Positions 9,736-18,788 of a stretch of 45,180 nucleotides of DNA are shown here, in pieces. The stretch is taken from assembly GCA_040754655.1 (NCBI GenBank), contig JBFMCE010000016.1:1-45180 (forward strand), given 5' to 3'. Below the pieces are notes generated by a model, which saw only the letters and a program-made list of their open reading frames with translations, searched no databases and was not told the origin of the DNA. Position 1 is the first letter of the stretch, and each line of letters opens with the position of its first letter. Source of the DNA: Bdellovibrionota bacterium. Lineage in GTDB: Bacteria; Bdellovibrionota; UBA1018; UBA923. The position numbers and the translations under genes are program-made.

Positions 9736-10914
9736 TTACCACGCATATCTTTCAGAGAGGTCTTCTACCAAAGAAAATCCATTTTTATTCATGTGTAGCA
9801 AATAGAGGCTGCGCGCTGATTGAGTGCCTAGCTGAATTTTGCCAGTGGCACCATGAAAGGTTTTAAGTTGCCTTAGCTCTCTTTCAATACTCTCACGAGT
9901 GTAAGTTTTGGCCCTCAATACAGCCTCCAAAATTATACACATTGTATCATAAGCCAAGGCTGCAGTGTCGTTTGCCTGAGTCTTATAAATAGCCTGAAAG
10001 TCTTTGACTAATCTCTGTGATGCAGGAAGCAGTGATGTGAGATGCCAATGACCAATCGAGTAAGCCTTAAAATCTCTTTCTGCCATTGCACTTTTGAAAA
10101 TTCGCTCTCCAAACGAAGTCCAACCATCTCCCCCAATAAACGGTTTTCTAATCCCTGCCGAAAGAAATGCCGAAACAATGCGGGCAGATAGAACTTCGTA
10201 ATTTGGGAGAAAAACTGCATCAATATTTTTAACCTTAGCTTCAGCCACCAAAGGAGCGAAATCCTGATCAGATTGAAGGATCGGACTCAATTTGACAGTT
10301 TCACCACCCAGTTTTTTGAATTCTCTTGAAAATGACTTCTCAAGATCTTGACAGTAAGCGCAATCTTTTGCGGCAACGACTAAGCATCTCTTTACTCCTA
10401 GATTCTTGACTGCATAACGAGCCAACATTTTTGCTTGATAAGAATTATTGAAGGCCACCTGGTGAATATAAGGACCAAAATTTGTTAAACGATCTGCGGT
10501 GGCAGTGGGAGAAAGCAAGGGAAGCCCTGTCTTCTGGTGAATAGGGGCAGCAACTAAAGCATGACTCGAAAAGTCGTATCCGTGCACAACAATAACATCC
10601 GAAGCTGCCGCCCTCTTAGCAGCTTCAAGTGCAGCCAAATCCGAGTTAGCGTAATCAAACTCCTTCAACGCAATTCGGATGTTTTTCTCTTGTAACCTTT
10701 TATCATAATGCCTTAGAGCTACATTGATTCCTCTTCTGACAAAGTCTCCGGCCGTGATAGACGAGTTTGACTCAAATTCAAGCAATGTAGTAGCAACCCC
10801 AACCGAAATTACTTTTGGAAAGGACTTAGACTCAGTAGCTATCGCCGAAAAAGAAAAAATAAGGAAGAAATAAGGCAAAGTCATTAGTTTGAAATAACGA
10901 ATAAGTCTTAACAT
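9736..10914 (-). CDS. Periplasmic binding protein type 1 (LivJ/branched-chain amino acid family), stand-alone
   Basis: Signal peptide; PLLSPTAT, DAVFLP, GGDGW, ALAYD, FHGATGKI patterns. No ABC permease or ATPase nearby. Confidence 0.85.
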   Translation of the reverse strand: MLRLIRYFKLMTLPYFFLIFSFSAIATESKSFPKVISVGVATTLLEFESNSSITAGDFVRRGINVALRHYDKRLQEKNIRIALKEFDYANSDLAALEAAKRAAASDVIVVHGYDFSSHALVAAPIHQKTGLPLLSPTATADRLTNFGPYIHQVAFNNSYQAKMLARYAVKNLGVKRCLVVAAKDCAYCQDLEKSFSREFKKLGGETVKLSPILQSDQDFAPLVAEAKVKNIDAVFLPNYEVLSARIVSAFLSAGIRKPFIGGDGWTSFGERIFKSAMAERDFKAYSIGHWHLTSLLPASQRLVKDFQAIYKTQANDTAALAYDTMCIILEAVLRAKTYTRESIERELRQLKTFHGATGKIQLGTQSARSLYLLHMNKNGFSLVEDLSERYAW

Positions 10915-10919
10915 GAGCT

Positions 10920-11462
10920 CTATCCAACTCGACTGGGCACATCAAACTTCATCATATACCCTTCCAAATAAAACATAGAGCCAATAACTTGATCTCCTCT
11001 TTCGTCTCTTAAAAATCCAAAACGTTCATAATACTTCGCTAAACCATCCAATCCACGTCTTACTCTTAGGCAAATCCCGTAAGACTCCCATTCTTTGCAA
11101 GTGCTTACCGCGGCCTCTATAAACGACCGTCCAAGGCCTGTACCGTGGAGCTCGGGCCTTAATGCAAGATACCTGAGCTCCGAATAGTTGGGCACCCAAA
11201 CATGCACATCAGACGAATCATGTTTATAAAGGGTAACCGTTCCAATTATCTTTCCATTCATCTCACCAATTAAGACTAGACCATTAATACGTTTTGCTTC
11301 CACATTCCTCAATTCTGCCTGCCTGTCTAATGGAACCGTAAAATCTGGTTTTTTAAGTTGATATGCTGTCAAAAAAGCAGAAACTAGAATTTCGCCTACT
11401 ATTGAATCATCCGCGGGAACTGCGGGTCGTATAACGACCTTTTGTAAATCGAATTTATCCAT
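10920..11462 (-). CDS. GNAT-family N-acetyltransferase
   Basis: IRPA start, IIGTVTL, ELRYLALRPELHGTGLGRS (acetyl-CoA motif A), YYERFGF. Confidence 0.88.
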   Translation of the reverse strand: MDKFDLQKVVIRPAVPADDSIVGEILVSAFLTAYQLKKPDFTVPLDRQAELRNVEAKRINGLVLIGEMNGKIIGTVTLYKHDSSDVHVWVPNYSELRYLALRPELHGTGLGRSFIEAAVSTCKEWESYGICLRVRRGLDGLAKYYERFGFLRDERGDQVIGSMFYLEGYMMKFDVPSRVG

Positions 11463-11480
11463 ACCTATGTGATTCCTAAC

Positions 11481-12107
11481 CTAAGATCGGAAAATAAAGT
11501 TTAAACCTTCCATCGCAAACCTCACTCCAAACATGCATAAAATAAAACCAATAACTTTCATACAATATCCATAAGCTTTACCTGCAAAAACCCCCCGCCC
11601 TCTCAGAGCTGCCAAGATAATGGCGCTCTTCGAAATGAACATACCGATATAGAATGCTAAAAAGAAACTCACTGCAGAGACATCTTGCTTAAAAAGAAGT
11701 TTACTTGCATATGGAGCTCCAACAGTGAGCCAGAATATGTATGGATATGGATTGAGCAAATTGGTAACTACACCCTCTACAAGTGTATTTCGGCTCTTAT
11801 TGAAATACCCATTCTCAGAAGAAACATAGGTGAAGCTTTTATAGGTAAGAAAAAAAAGAAAAAAAGCCCCGGCAATCGAAAGTACTGAGAGAGTCAATTC
11901 ATAATGAGCTTGCTTTGAAAGAATTAGGAGCGAAAACGTAATAATGGGTAAATCAGTGATGAGTGGGGAACAAGCCACTTTAAATCCCTGACGCATCCCG
12001 CCCCGGATAGTCTCAGAAATGGTAAGCACAGATAACGGACCCGGAGAGATCCCATTACTTATTCCAAAAAGCAACCCCGTGACGGAAATTTCGATTATAC
12101 TTAGCAC
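11481..12107 (-). CDS. LysE/RhtB-family amino acid exporter
   Basis: SPGP near the N-terminus, GVVTNLLNPYPYIFW, about 6 TM helices. GTG start overlaps the upstream TAG by 1 nt. Confidence 0.88.
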   Translation of the reverse strand: MLSIIEISVTGLLFGISNGISPGPLSVLTISETIRGGMRQGFKVACSPLITDLPIITFSLLILSKQAHYELTLSVLSIAGAFFLFFLTYKSFTYVSSENGYFNKSRNTLVEGVVTNLLNPYPYIFWLTVGAPYASKLLFKQDVSAVSFFLAFYIGMFISKSAIILAALRGRGVFAGKAYGYCMKVIGFILCMFGVRFAMEGLNFIFRS

Positions 12108-13513
12108 TAAGTTTTACGCTCCGTAAGGCCTACTCTTTGTCGTATCCCTCTCGTAATCCATAGCTTAGTCGATTCAATAAACCTTCTAAGTATGATCCAA
12201 CTGCCAAGCACAAGCTGAATAATTGGTAGTCCGGATATCCTCCAAAATAAATCTTGCACTTTCGATATGCGCGCCGCCTCCATGTAGGGAATAGAAGAAT
12301 GTGCGATCATACCGTAAAAAGTCTGCCACGATCTAGGAAAGTACAAGGTCAGCTTATTTTCTATTAGAGTTCTGGCTTCATAGTAAGGCGAAGCTGCTCG
12401 AACACTCAGAGTAATAAAATTATCTTTGGATAAATCTGCCAACAGGTCTGTATTACCTTTTCGGACTGATTCATATTTATCAAAGGCGATATTCTTATCT
12501 GATGAATGATCGTCGAGACACTTAACTAAGGTCACGCAATCTTCAAGCGATGCATTCAAACCCTGCGCATAAAAATGAACAATGGTATGTGCTGCATCAC
12601 CAACCAAAACTACCTTATCCTGATACCTCCAGGGTTTCGTCTTCATGGTCATGATGCCACTCCAAGGCTTGCGCAGCAGTTCATCAGTCATGTATCCAAC
12701 GTGAGGTTCAATTTCATTGAAAGTACCGGAGAGAAAGGAGCTTAGATTATTTCGGTTGTTCAACATTTTTGCCGAATATTTACCTTCTCTTTCGACAATT
12801 AAGTTGCAAGTCAAAGAGCCATTTAAGTTTGGAAGACCGAGAAGCAAACTATGGTGCCTTGGCCAAACATGCACTCCATCAAGTTGTAAAGAGATAGCAT
12901 CAATTTGCTTTTTAGATAATGTTACCTCTTTATAGACCCAACTAAAGTATTCCTGTTGATAATCTGCAAACTCACCTTTTTGAAGGTTACGCCGAACTAT
13001 CGAAAAAGCGCCATCGGCACCTATAATGAATTCAGGTGTCAGTACTCGTTCAGTTCCCTCTCTAGAGAGTATTTTTAAGGACGGAATGGTTTTATCTAAC
13101 TCGATACATTCTGTAGCAAAAACTACTTGAATATTGGAACGCCGATTAACTGCTTCAAGGAGAATTATATTCATTTCCTTACGAGAAATTGAATAGAGGC
13201 CGGTTCCTGGAATCTTCCCGTAAGTTTGCCTTGAAAGCATTCCATTATTAAGGTGTACAATTCTCTCTTTCACCTCGACTGCACGTTGAATTGCCGAGGA
13301 ATCTAGGTCCACCTGCTTTAATGCGTTTAGACCCCTAAATGATAAGGTGAAGTTGATGGATTTCCCGTCAAAATCATTCGTAGTTCTTGGGTCCGGTCTC
13401 TTTTCAATCACGGTTACTTGATAACCACGATCAGCTAATAGCAACGCAGAAAACAACCCTGACATTCCTGCACCTACGATCGCAACCTCATTAGCTGACC
13501 TGTAAAGATCCAT
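12107..13513 (-). CDS. Kynurenine 3-monooxygenase-like FAD-dependent monooxygenase
   Basis: GAGMSG, GKSINFTLSFRG (KMO-type GRSINLALSxRG), GADGAFS, YKE, HVWPR, LPN, GDAAH...QGLNASLEDC; C-terminal hydrophobic tail. Start ambiguous (13513, 13537 or 13558). Confidence 0.8.
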   Translation of the reverse strand: MDLYRSANEVAIVGAGMSGLFSALLLADRGYQVTVIEKRPDPRTTNDFDGKSINFTLSFRGLNALKQVDLDSSAIQRAVEVKERIVHLNNGMLSRQTYGKIPGTGLYSISRKEMNIILLEAVNRRSNIQVVFATECIELDKTIPSLKILSREGTERVLTPEFIIGADGAFSIVRRNLQKGEFADYQQEYFSWVYKEVTLSKKQIDAISLQLDGVHVWPRHHSLLLGLPNLNGSLTCNLIVEREGKYSAKMLNNRNNLSSFLSGTFNEIEPHVGYMTDELLRKPWSGIMTMKTKPWRYQDKVVLVGDAAHTIVHFYAQGLNASLEDCVTLVKCLDDHSSDKNIAFDKYESVRKGNTDLLADLSKDNFITLSVRAASPYYEARTLIENKLTLYFPRSWQTFYGMIAHSSIPYMEAARISKVQDLFWRISGLPIIQLVLGSWIILRRFIESTKLWITRGIRQRVGLTERKT

Positions 13514-13723
13514 ATAAAGCACCCAATTTTCTGACATATTTAGTACAGTAATTAACACAACAAATCAAGTCAAAATCACATACCTATCTAACCAAAGGAA
13601 TTTATTGGACTCGTATTGAGTTAGCGAAAAATTTCCCCTATTAAACTTTGCTGTCTAATAAGGTCAGAGAAATAATTGAGATCGAGTTACCAAAAAAATT
13701 TATTTACAGTCATCACAATTTAT

Positions 13724-14413
13724 TTACTTCGTTTTCACAATGCGAAGAAAAGAGCTCATGAGCTTGGCCTCAACTTGAAAGGTAGCTGCGCTTTCTGAAC
13801 CAAACTCATTTTCAACTTTCGACATCATCGACTGGTGTCTAAGCTTAACCTTTGAAGCACTCGGTAACTCCAAACGATTTGATCCACCTACGGCACTAAG
13901 TTCAAAGACCGTGTCTACTGCCGAAGATCCAAATCGGAAAACCGACTCTGTGGAAACAGTGTTCGCTACTACTCTAGGTGCTACCGAATTAAGTTTAAAC
14001 AAAGAGAATACAAGATTCAGGTCCATTTTCTTGTAGTTTCCCGAGATAGATGTTGTTCCATGCTCATGCGATACCGAAATACTGACCTCCGGCGGAACTA
14101 CGATCTCAAAATCGGCTTTGCAAAACCGATTTGGAACGAGCGACCTAGGTTTATAATAAACGATAAGCTCAGAACCATCGATCTTCGCATAAAATCTGCA
14201 TCCAGAGCTTAACGTCTGCGGATCATATATAACCTTCGCAGACTCGGTTCCTTCGAGCGTCCTGATCTTCAGATGGCCACCAGCGATATCCACCTTTAGT
14301 GACCGAACCGAAGCTACAGGAAAAGCCTGATCTTGCGCTTGGACACTGGGTGTATTTATTCCAACCGAAACTAACAACAGAACTATGGGTTTAATGATAC
14401 ATCCTTTACTCAT
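13724..14413 (-). CDS. Exported beta-rich protein, DUF4097/adhesin-like
   Basis: Signal peptide from ATG 14413 (RBS AGAGGA); repeated short beta-strands, ADFEIVVP and LELP patterns. Confidence 0.55.
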   Translation of the reverse strand: MSKGCIIKPIVLLLVSVGINTPSVQAQDQAFPVASVRSLKVDIAGGHLKIRTLEGTESAKVIYDPQTLSSGCRFYAKIDGSELIVYYKPRSLVPNRFCKADFEIVVPPEVSISVSHEHGTTSISGNYKKMDLNLVFSLFKLNSVAPRVVANTVSTESVFRFGSSAVDTVFELSAVGGSNRLELPSASKVKLRHQSMMSKVENEFGSESAATFQVEAKLMSSFLRIVKTK

Positions 14414-14843
14414 TTTTGATCCTCTGATCGCGCCATTCTGCAAATCAAAGGCCAAGACCAATATGCTTGATATCAAACAGAGTAGAGGGTTTTTAGAAGA
14501 ATACTGTTCTGAAAACCGGAAAACCGAACAACTCGAGGTCGGGCGAGATATACCTATTAAAGCCCACCACTCAACAGGTCGGGGGATCTCGGAGGAGCAG
14601 CTCGGTTCAAAAGAGTTTGGCGGGGAAAAGTAGCTCTCATCGATTCACGTAGCGACCTTCGACGGTATAAGACCATGCCAATAGATACGCCAAAAAAAGC
14701 AAAAGCCAGTAAAATCAAGATAAGCATGTGGACCCGCTCTCTGAAAAAGCCCTAAACCTAAGCCCCTGTTGATAAACAGTGACGCAAAATACAATAAATA
14801 AATAATGTTTTCAAAGGAAAACATAAGAATTTCACTCTGGCAA

Positions 14844-15503
14844 TCACTGTTCTAAAGTAGCAAGCTGACGCAACAAGGCTTTGCGATATACCTCTTGCAA
14901 TCGCAGATCAGTAACCTGTTCAATGACTCTTTGGGCCCTCTCCCCGGACTCTACTGCCAAGATTGCAAAAAGCTCAATCACATCACCCTGAAGCGACTTG
15001 CTAAGATCAGAGTCTTTTCTTTCTTCGGTCGGAAGCGGATTCATGACTACTTGCTCAATCGCAGATAAGGCCTTCTCTCTTACCGGATTTGACTCACTAC
15101 GAACCACTTCGTACAAATACGAAATCGACTCTATTCTTGACCCTTCCGCGGCTTCATCAAGTTCGATCGCACTGCGATCAAGGAGAATCTCTTTCGCCTG
15201 TTGAATCAGGTTTTCATCCGCAAGCATGGACTCATAGCCTTGTTTTTCTTCAAGAGTTTTTAGGGCTTTTTTCTTCGATAGGCTAAAGTGACTAATGCTT
15301 GATCGTGTTTTTGGCTCAATGGCGGGATTAAGAAAAATCGACGAAGGTTCTAATCCCAGCCTCAAGCCTTGCTCAGCCTTGCCTTGATTTACCAAAGCTT
15401 GCGTCACTAAGCCCGCCGCATCAACTGACCCTCCCTGACGATCCCAAAATAGGGCGATCGCAACTAGACCCACCAACCCGCCGCCTACGATTAGCTTTTT
15501 CAT
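14844..15503 (-). CDS. Hypothetical N-terminally anchored alpha-helical protein
   Basis: MKKLIVGGGLVGLVAIALFW anchor followed by a charged helical body; ATGA overlap with the protease gene. Confidence 0.7.
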   Translation of the reverse strand: MKKLIVGGGLVGLVAIALFWDRQGGSVDAAGLVTQALVNQGKAEQGLRLGLEPSSIFLNPAIEPKTRSSISHFSLSKKKALKTLEEKQGYESMLADENLIQQAKEILLDRSAIELDEAAEGSRIESISYLYEVVRSESNPVREKALSAIEQVVMNPLPTEERKDSDLSKSLQGDVIELFAILAVESGERAQRVIEQVTDLRLQEVYRKALLRQLATLEQ

Positions 15504-17767
15504 TTAAGCACCCCATTTTTCTGTAACACTTCGATCTTCTCTTTTGCTTCTTCGCACTCGACTCTGGCGCCGACACAAAAAGCTTGTTTAACGAGATCGC
15601 TTACGATCTTGTTGCCGGTTCTAGAAGCCCCAATCAGGGCTCTTTCATCTGCCGAAAGCCTGGCCATCTGGCGCGCGACGTTTTCTAAACCCACACGGTT
15701 TAAGACACCGCCCGAACGGACCGGCAGAGGCCCACTCGCTGGGATCTTTGCCGACAAGATCGCTGCCATTCTCAAGTCTTCTGGCAAGAGCCGAGGGTAC
15801 TGAAACGCGACCTCTCCCAATGGCGCCGAAACCCGAGGAGCCGCGAATGACGTTCCGGCTGCCATGCTATTGTCAAAAAAGCTACCGCTCGCGGCGATGT
15901 CGGCATAGTCTGAACCTCTGTGGCTGATCTCGAGGAGCCTTCCTGACTCTCCTTCTGTAGCCGCTACGATCAGTAGGTTCTTCTGTCCCTTTCCAATTCC
16001 TAGCGTCTGCGGACAATCGAGTTCAGGATAATCTCCCGACCATTCACGAAAATTACCGGCGGCCACGACCCACAAAAGTTCCTTCTCGGTATTCAATACC
16101 GCCTGACCATAAGCCGTTTTGTGACAGACCTCGCGTCTTCCTGTACCTACCAAAGAAACATTCACGACTTTAAGCTCTTCTTGAGAAGCCCAGGGTTGCC
16201 ATTCGTCGATTTTTCTAAAGCAAGACTCTTCTGATATCGGTGCAAACTCAACTGCCGGTGCGGACCTCGTGAGCACTTCAACAACGGCCTTCGAATGATC
16301 GTTGGTTCCACCGCCGTTGAACCATCCCAGGGCGCTTCGGCTGTCAAAAAACGCATCAAGCGATCCTTCGGGATTTGCGAACCAACCTAGCTGAGAGCCG
16401 GTGCGACCCTTGGGATCCGTAACATGAGGCCCAAAAGCCACCTTCGAAAGAAGCGGGCTTGAAGGCAGCCAAGGAAAACCGAATTCGCAGACGGCTACTT
16501 TCGCGGACCCGTCTTTTGTTTTGCTCTTTGCCATTTTATAAACATCGAGTGATTTCATGAATCCAATACTTGAATAGGGACTGCTGTAAGAGTCTACGCC
16601 GACTAGTTCGCCATCGGCATGGGCCGAAACGGAAAGCGCCTCGCCAAATCGATCAAAAACATAGGCTAGAAACTTGGGCTGAAAAGCCGGCGCCCTGTCT
16701 TCAGTTTTAAACGTGATCACATGTGAAACGCCACCGCCAAAATTATAGAAAACCGCCATTACGGGCGTCTTCAAGGCATCTTTACGATTAACCGAAACAT
16801 ATTGCGTCAAAACCCTACCGCGGCCATAAGCTTTTACCCATTCAGCCTCAAATAAATCGACCATTCCTAGATCTAGCTTCTGCCTTGCAATGCAATGGTC
16901 TGCGCAGGCCTCTATAGATACAGTTTCGATTTGATCGGGACTAAATCTCATTCGCACGGTGAAATAAGAAAGGGCCGCTGTAATCTGATCGATCGACCGC
17001 TGATCTGGTAGTTGTTTGGATCGTTCCGCATCCGTCAGGACATTGTATGAAGAGTATTCTCCACGATCATTGATTTTAGTTAGCTTGCCAGCCGCATTTA
17101 ACTTCGGGGCTTTGAAGTAAAAAAAACTTTCATCGGGTGCGCCTCGCCTAAAGTCACCCAGTGCATAAGGCATGTAATCAATTATAGGTTCATGCACCAC
17201 GTGGCTGATCTTCATAAACGGATCACTTCTTTTCATTGAATAAAAATGGGCTGGGTCATTCAGAAGATCACTGATAGCGGTGTGATATGGGCCTAATACA
17301 CCAAAAGACAACGAAAGGCTGTGACGCACGACGGATTGAGTGACACCAAAACCATCTGAGGTCACCGGAATCTGAAGCTCGCCCAGGGGCCTCAAACGCT
17401 CCTCAACCTCTTTGACTTGGCTTTCCGTACCAATCAACGAAACGCTAAGCTCTCCCGCCCCTCTTCGAAGCAATGAGCCTATAGAATTTGAAACGTTCGC
17501 CGAGGAGGGGAACTCGCATTCCTTTTTTTTCTCGTCCCATTGGCCTTTCTCGGATTTGCAGTATTCTTGCTCGCAACCCCATTCGGTCTTTTTTGACGAG
17601 CATTGAAACCGTTTGATAGGAACGCGGGAGGTTGGAACTCCCGCGTCTCTAGGTAAACCAGGGGCGTCGGCGGATGCATTGTCTCCGGCACAACCCACCG
17701 CGATCGCAATGCTAATTATTGTTACGGCTAAACTCATGACGACCACCGACACTCTTGGTTTTTTCAT
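15500..17767 (-). CDS. Lipoprotein with C-terminal subtilisin-like (S8) protease domain and atypical Glu-His-Ser triad
   Basis: Lipobox AVGC; KVAVCEFG (Glu at the Asp position), NDHSKAV, VVNVSL, VVAAGN, DIAASG, GTSFAAPRVS. Confidence 0.8.
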   Translation of the reverse strand: MKKPRVSVVVMSLAVTIISIAIAVGCAGDNASADAPGLPRDAGVPTSRVPIKRFQCSSKKTEWGCEQEYCKSEKGQWDEKKKECEFPSSANVSNSIGSLLRRGAGELSVSLIGTESQVKEVEERLRPLGELQIPVTSDGFGVTQSVVRHSLSLSFGVLGPYHTAISDLLNDPAHFYSMKRSDPFMKISHVVHEPIIDYMPYALGDFRRGAPDESFFYFKAPKLNAAGKLTKINDRGEYSSYNVLTDAERSKQLPDQRSIDQITAALSYFTVRMRFSPDQIETVSIEACADHCIARQKLDLGMVDLFEAEWVKAYGRGRVLTQYVSVNRKDALKTPVMAVFYNFGGGVSHVITFKTEDRAPAFQPKFLAYVFDRFGEALSVSAHADGELVGVDSYSSPYSSIGFMKSLDVYKMAKSKTKDGSAKVAVCEFGFPWLPSSPLLSKVAFGPHVTDPKGRTGSQLGWFANPEGSLDAFFDSRSALGWFNGGGTNDHSKAVVEVLTRSAPAVEFAPISEESCFRKIDEWQPWASQEELKVVNVSLVGTGRREVCHKTAYGQAVLNTEKELLWVVAAGNFREWSGDYPELDCPQTLGIGKGQKNLLIVAATEGESGRLLEISHRGSDYADIAASGSFFDNSMAAGTSFAAPRVSAPLGEVAFQYPRLLPEDLRMAAILSAKIPASGPLPVRSGGVLNRVGLENVARQMARLSADERALIGASRTGNKIVSDLVKQAFCVGARVECEEAKEKIEVLQKNGVLK

Positions 17768-17771
17768 GTAC

Positions 17772-18785
17772 TCAAATTCCTTTCAAAGAACGTCTCAACA
17801 ACACTCGGTTGAGGTGCTCAACGCCTTCATTTTGGTAATAGAGGGCTCCTGTCAACAGGCCCTCGGCTACAATGACATTCTCTAAAAGATCCGTGGAATC
17901 GACTTCGACGTTATACACTTTGCCGAACGTGGTTTTGTGCTCTAAACGCACGACGCGATCTCGCAAACCATCTACGCCAAACAAGAAATCGTTCATCTTG
18001 AGCGTTGCCGCTTCGACCATTACACCTGCATCAAGCATCATCGGGTGATTGGTAGTGACAGATAAGCGTCGTCCTGATTCAGTGTAAATATCCACAATCT
18101 CCTGAGAAGCATCGGTGGCGCTCACGGTATAGGACTTCACGGGCGTCAACTTATACCGAAGCCGCTCCAAGGTAGATTCCTTGGTCAAGGTATAGATCTC
18201 CGGCGCATCGAATAGGTTGAGCTGATCAACTTCAGCATAGCCCATCTTGATCCAAACCTTCTGTCCTTTCGCGTAACACCCGGCCGTGCACAAACCCATG
18301 ATTTCATATCCCGTCGGAACTTCAGGAGCGGCTGCGATGTCGGTGGGAGCCCTCCATCCAATAGGATTCGTGTATACTTGTCTTTCCTCGTCCCAAAAAC
18401 CATAGGTGGGATATTTCGGGCGCTCTTTCGCAATTTCATTCGAAAGGATATTGGCTTCTGCGGCCATTATATTCGGAGTACGAATCGCCCACTGGATTCT
18501 ACCTCTTCCTTCAGGAATGCTTAGACTGTCAGTCTCGCATCTTGCGGGTGAGACATTGAAGAAGATGCTATGGTTCTTGTTCGATTGTATTTCCTTGTTC
18601 TTGATGCAGTCCTTCAAACAAAGGCTCAATGCTTTTTGATAAGCCAATTGAGCCTCTCGATCTTTGGGCACAATTCCTTTGTCGCACCCGCAGTCAATCT
18701 CATTCGCATGCGCTCCTGACCCAATAGATGCTCCTAAAGTAGCTGCTAGAACAAATATTTTTATTTTATTCATGACTTCTTTCAT
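17772..18785 (-). CDS. Secreted protein with C-terminal Hint (Hedgehog/intein-like) autoprocessing domain
   Basis: Signal peptide; G-C170-YAKGQKV (block A), LSVTTNHPMM (block B TxxH), KVYNVEV...VIVAEGLLTG (blocks F/G without His-Asn). RBS AAGGAG. Confidence 0.85.
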   Translation of the reverse strand: MKEVMNKIKIFVLAATLGASIGSGAHANEIDCGCDKGIVPKDREAQLAYQKALSLCLKDCIKNKEIQSNKNHSIFFNVSPARCETDSLSIPEGRGRIQWAIRTPNIMAAEANILSNEIAKERPKYPTYGFWDEERQVYTNPIGWRAPTDIAAAPEVPTGYEIMGLCTAGCYAKGQKVWIKMGYAEVDQLNLFDAPEIYTLTKESTLERLRYKLTPVKSYTVSATDASQEIVDIYTESGRRLSVTTNHPMMLDAGVMVEAATLKMNDFLFGVDGLRDRVVRLEHKTTFGKVYNVEVDSTDLLENVIVAEGLLTGALYYQNEGVEHLNRVLLRRSLKGI

Positions 18786-18788
18786 TTT

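Noticed and set aside
14480..14840. Possible sRNA or small gene in the long intergenic region
   Set aside because: No stable structure, repeat or well-supported ORF recognised by eye; a covariance-model search would be needed.
17772..18278. True intein or mobile homing element
   Set aside because: No endonuclease domain, no terminal His-Asn followed by Cys/Ser/Thr, and it does not interrupt a conserved host gene.
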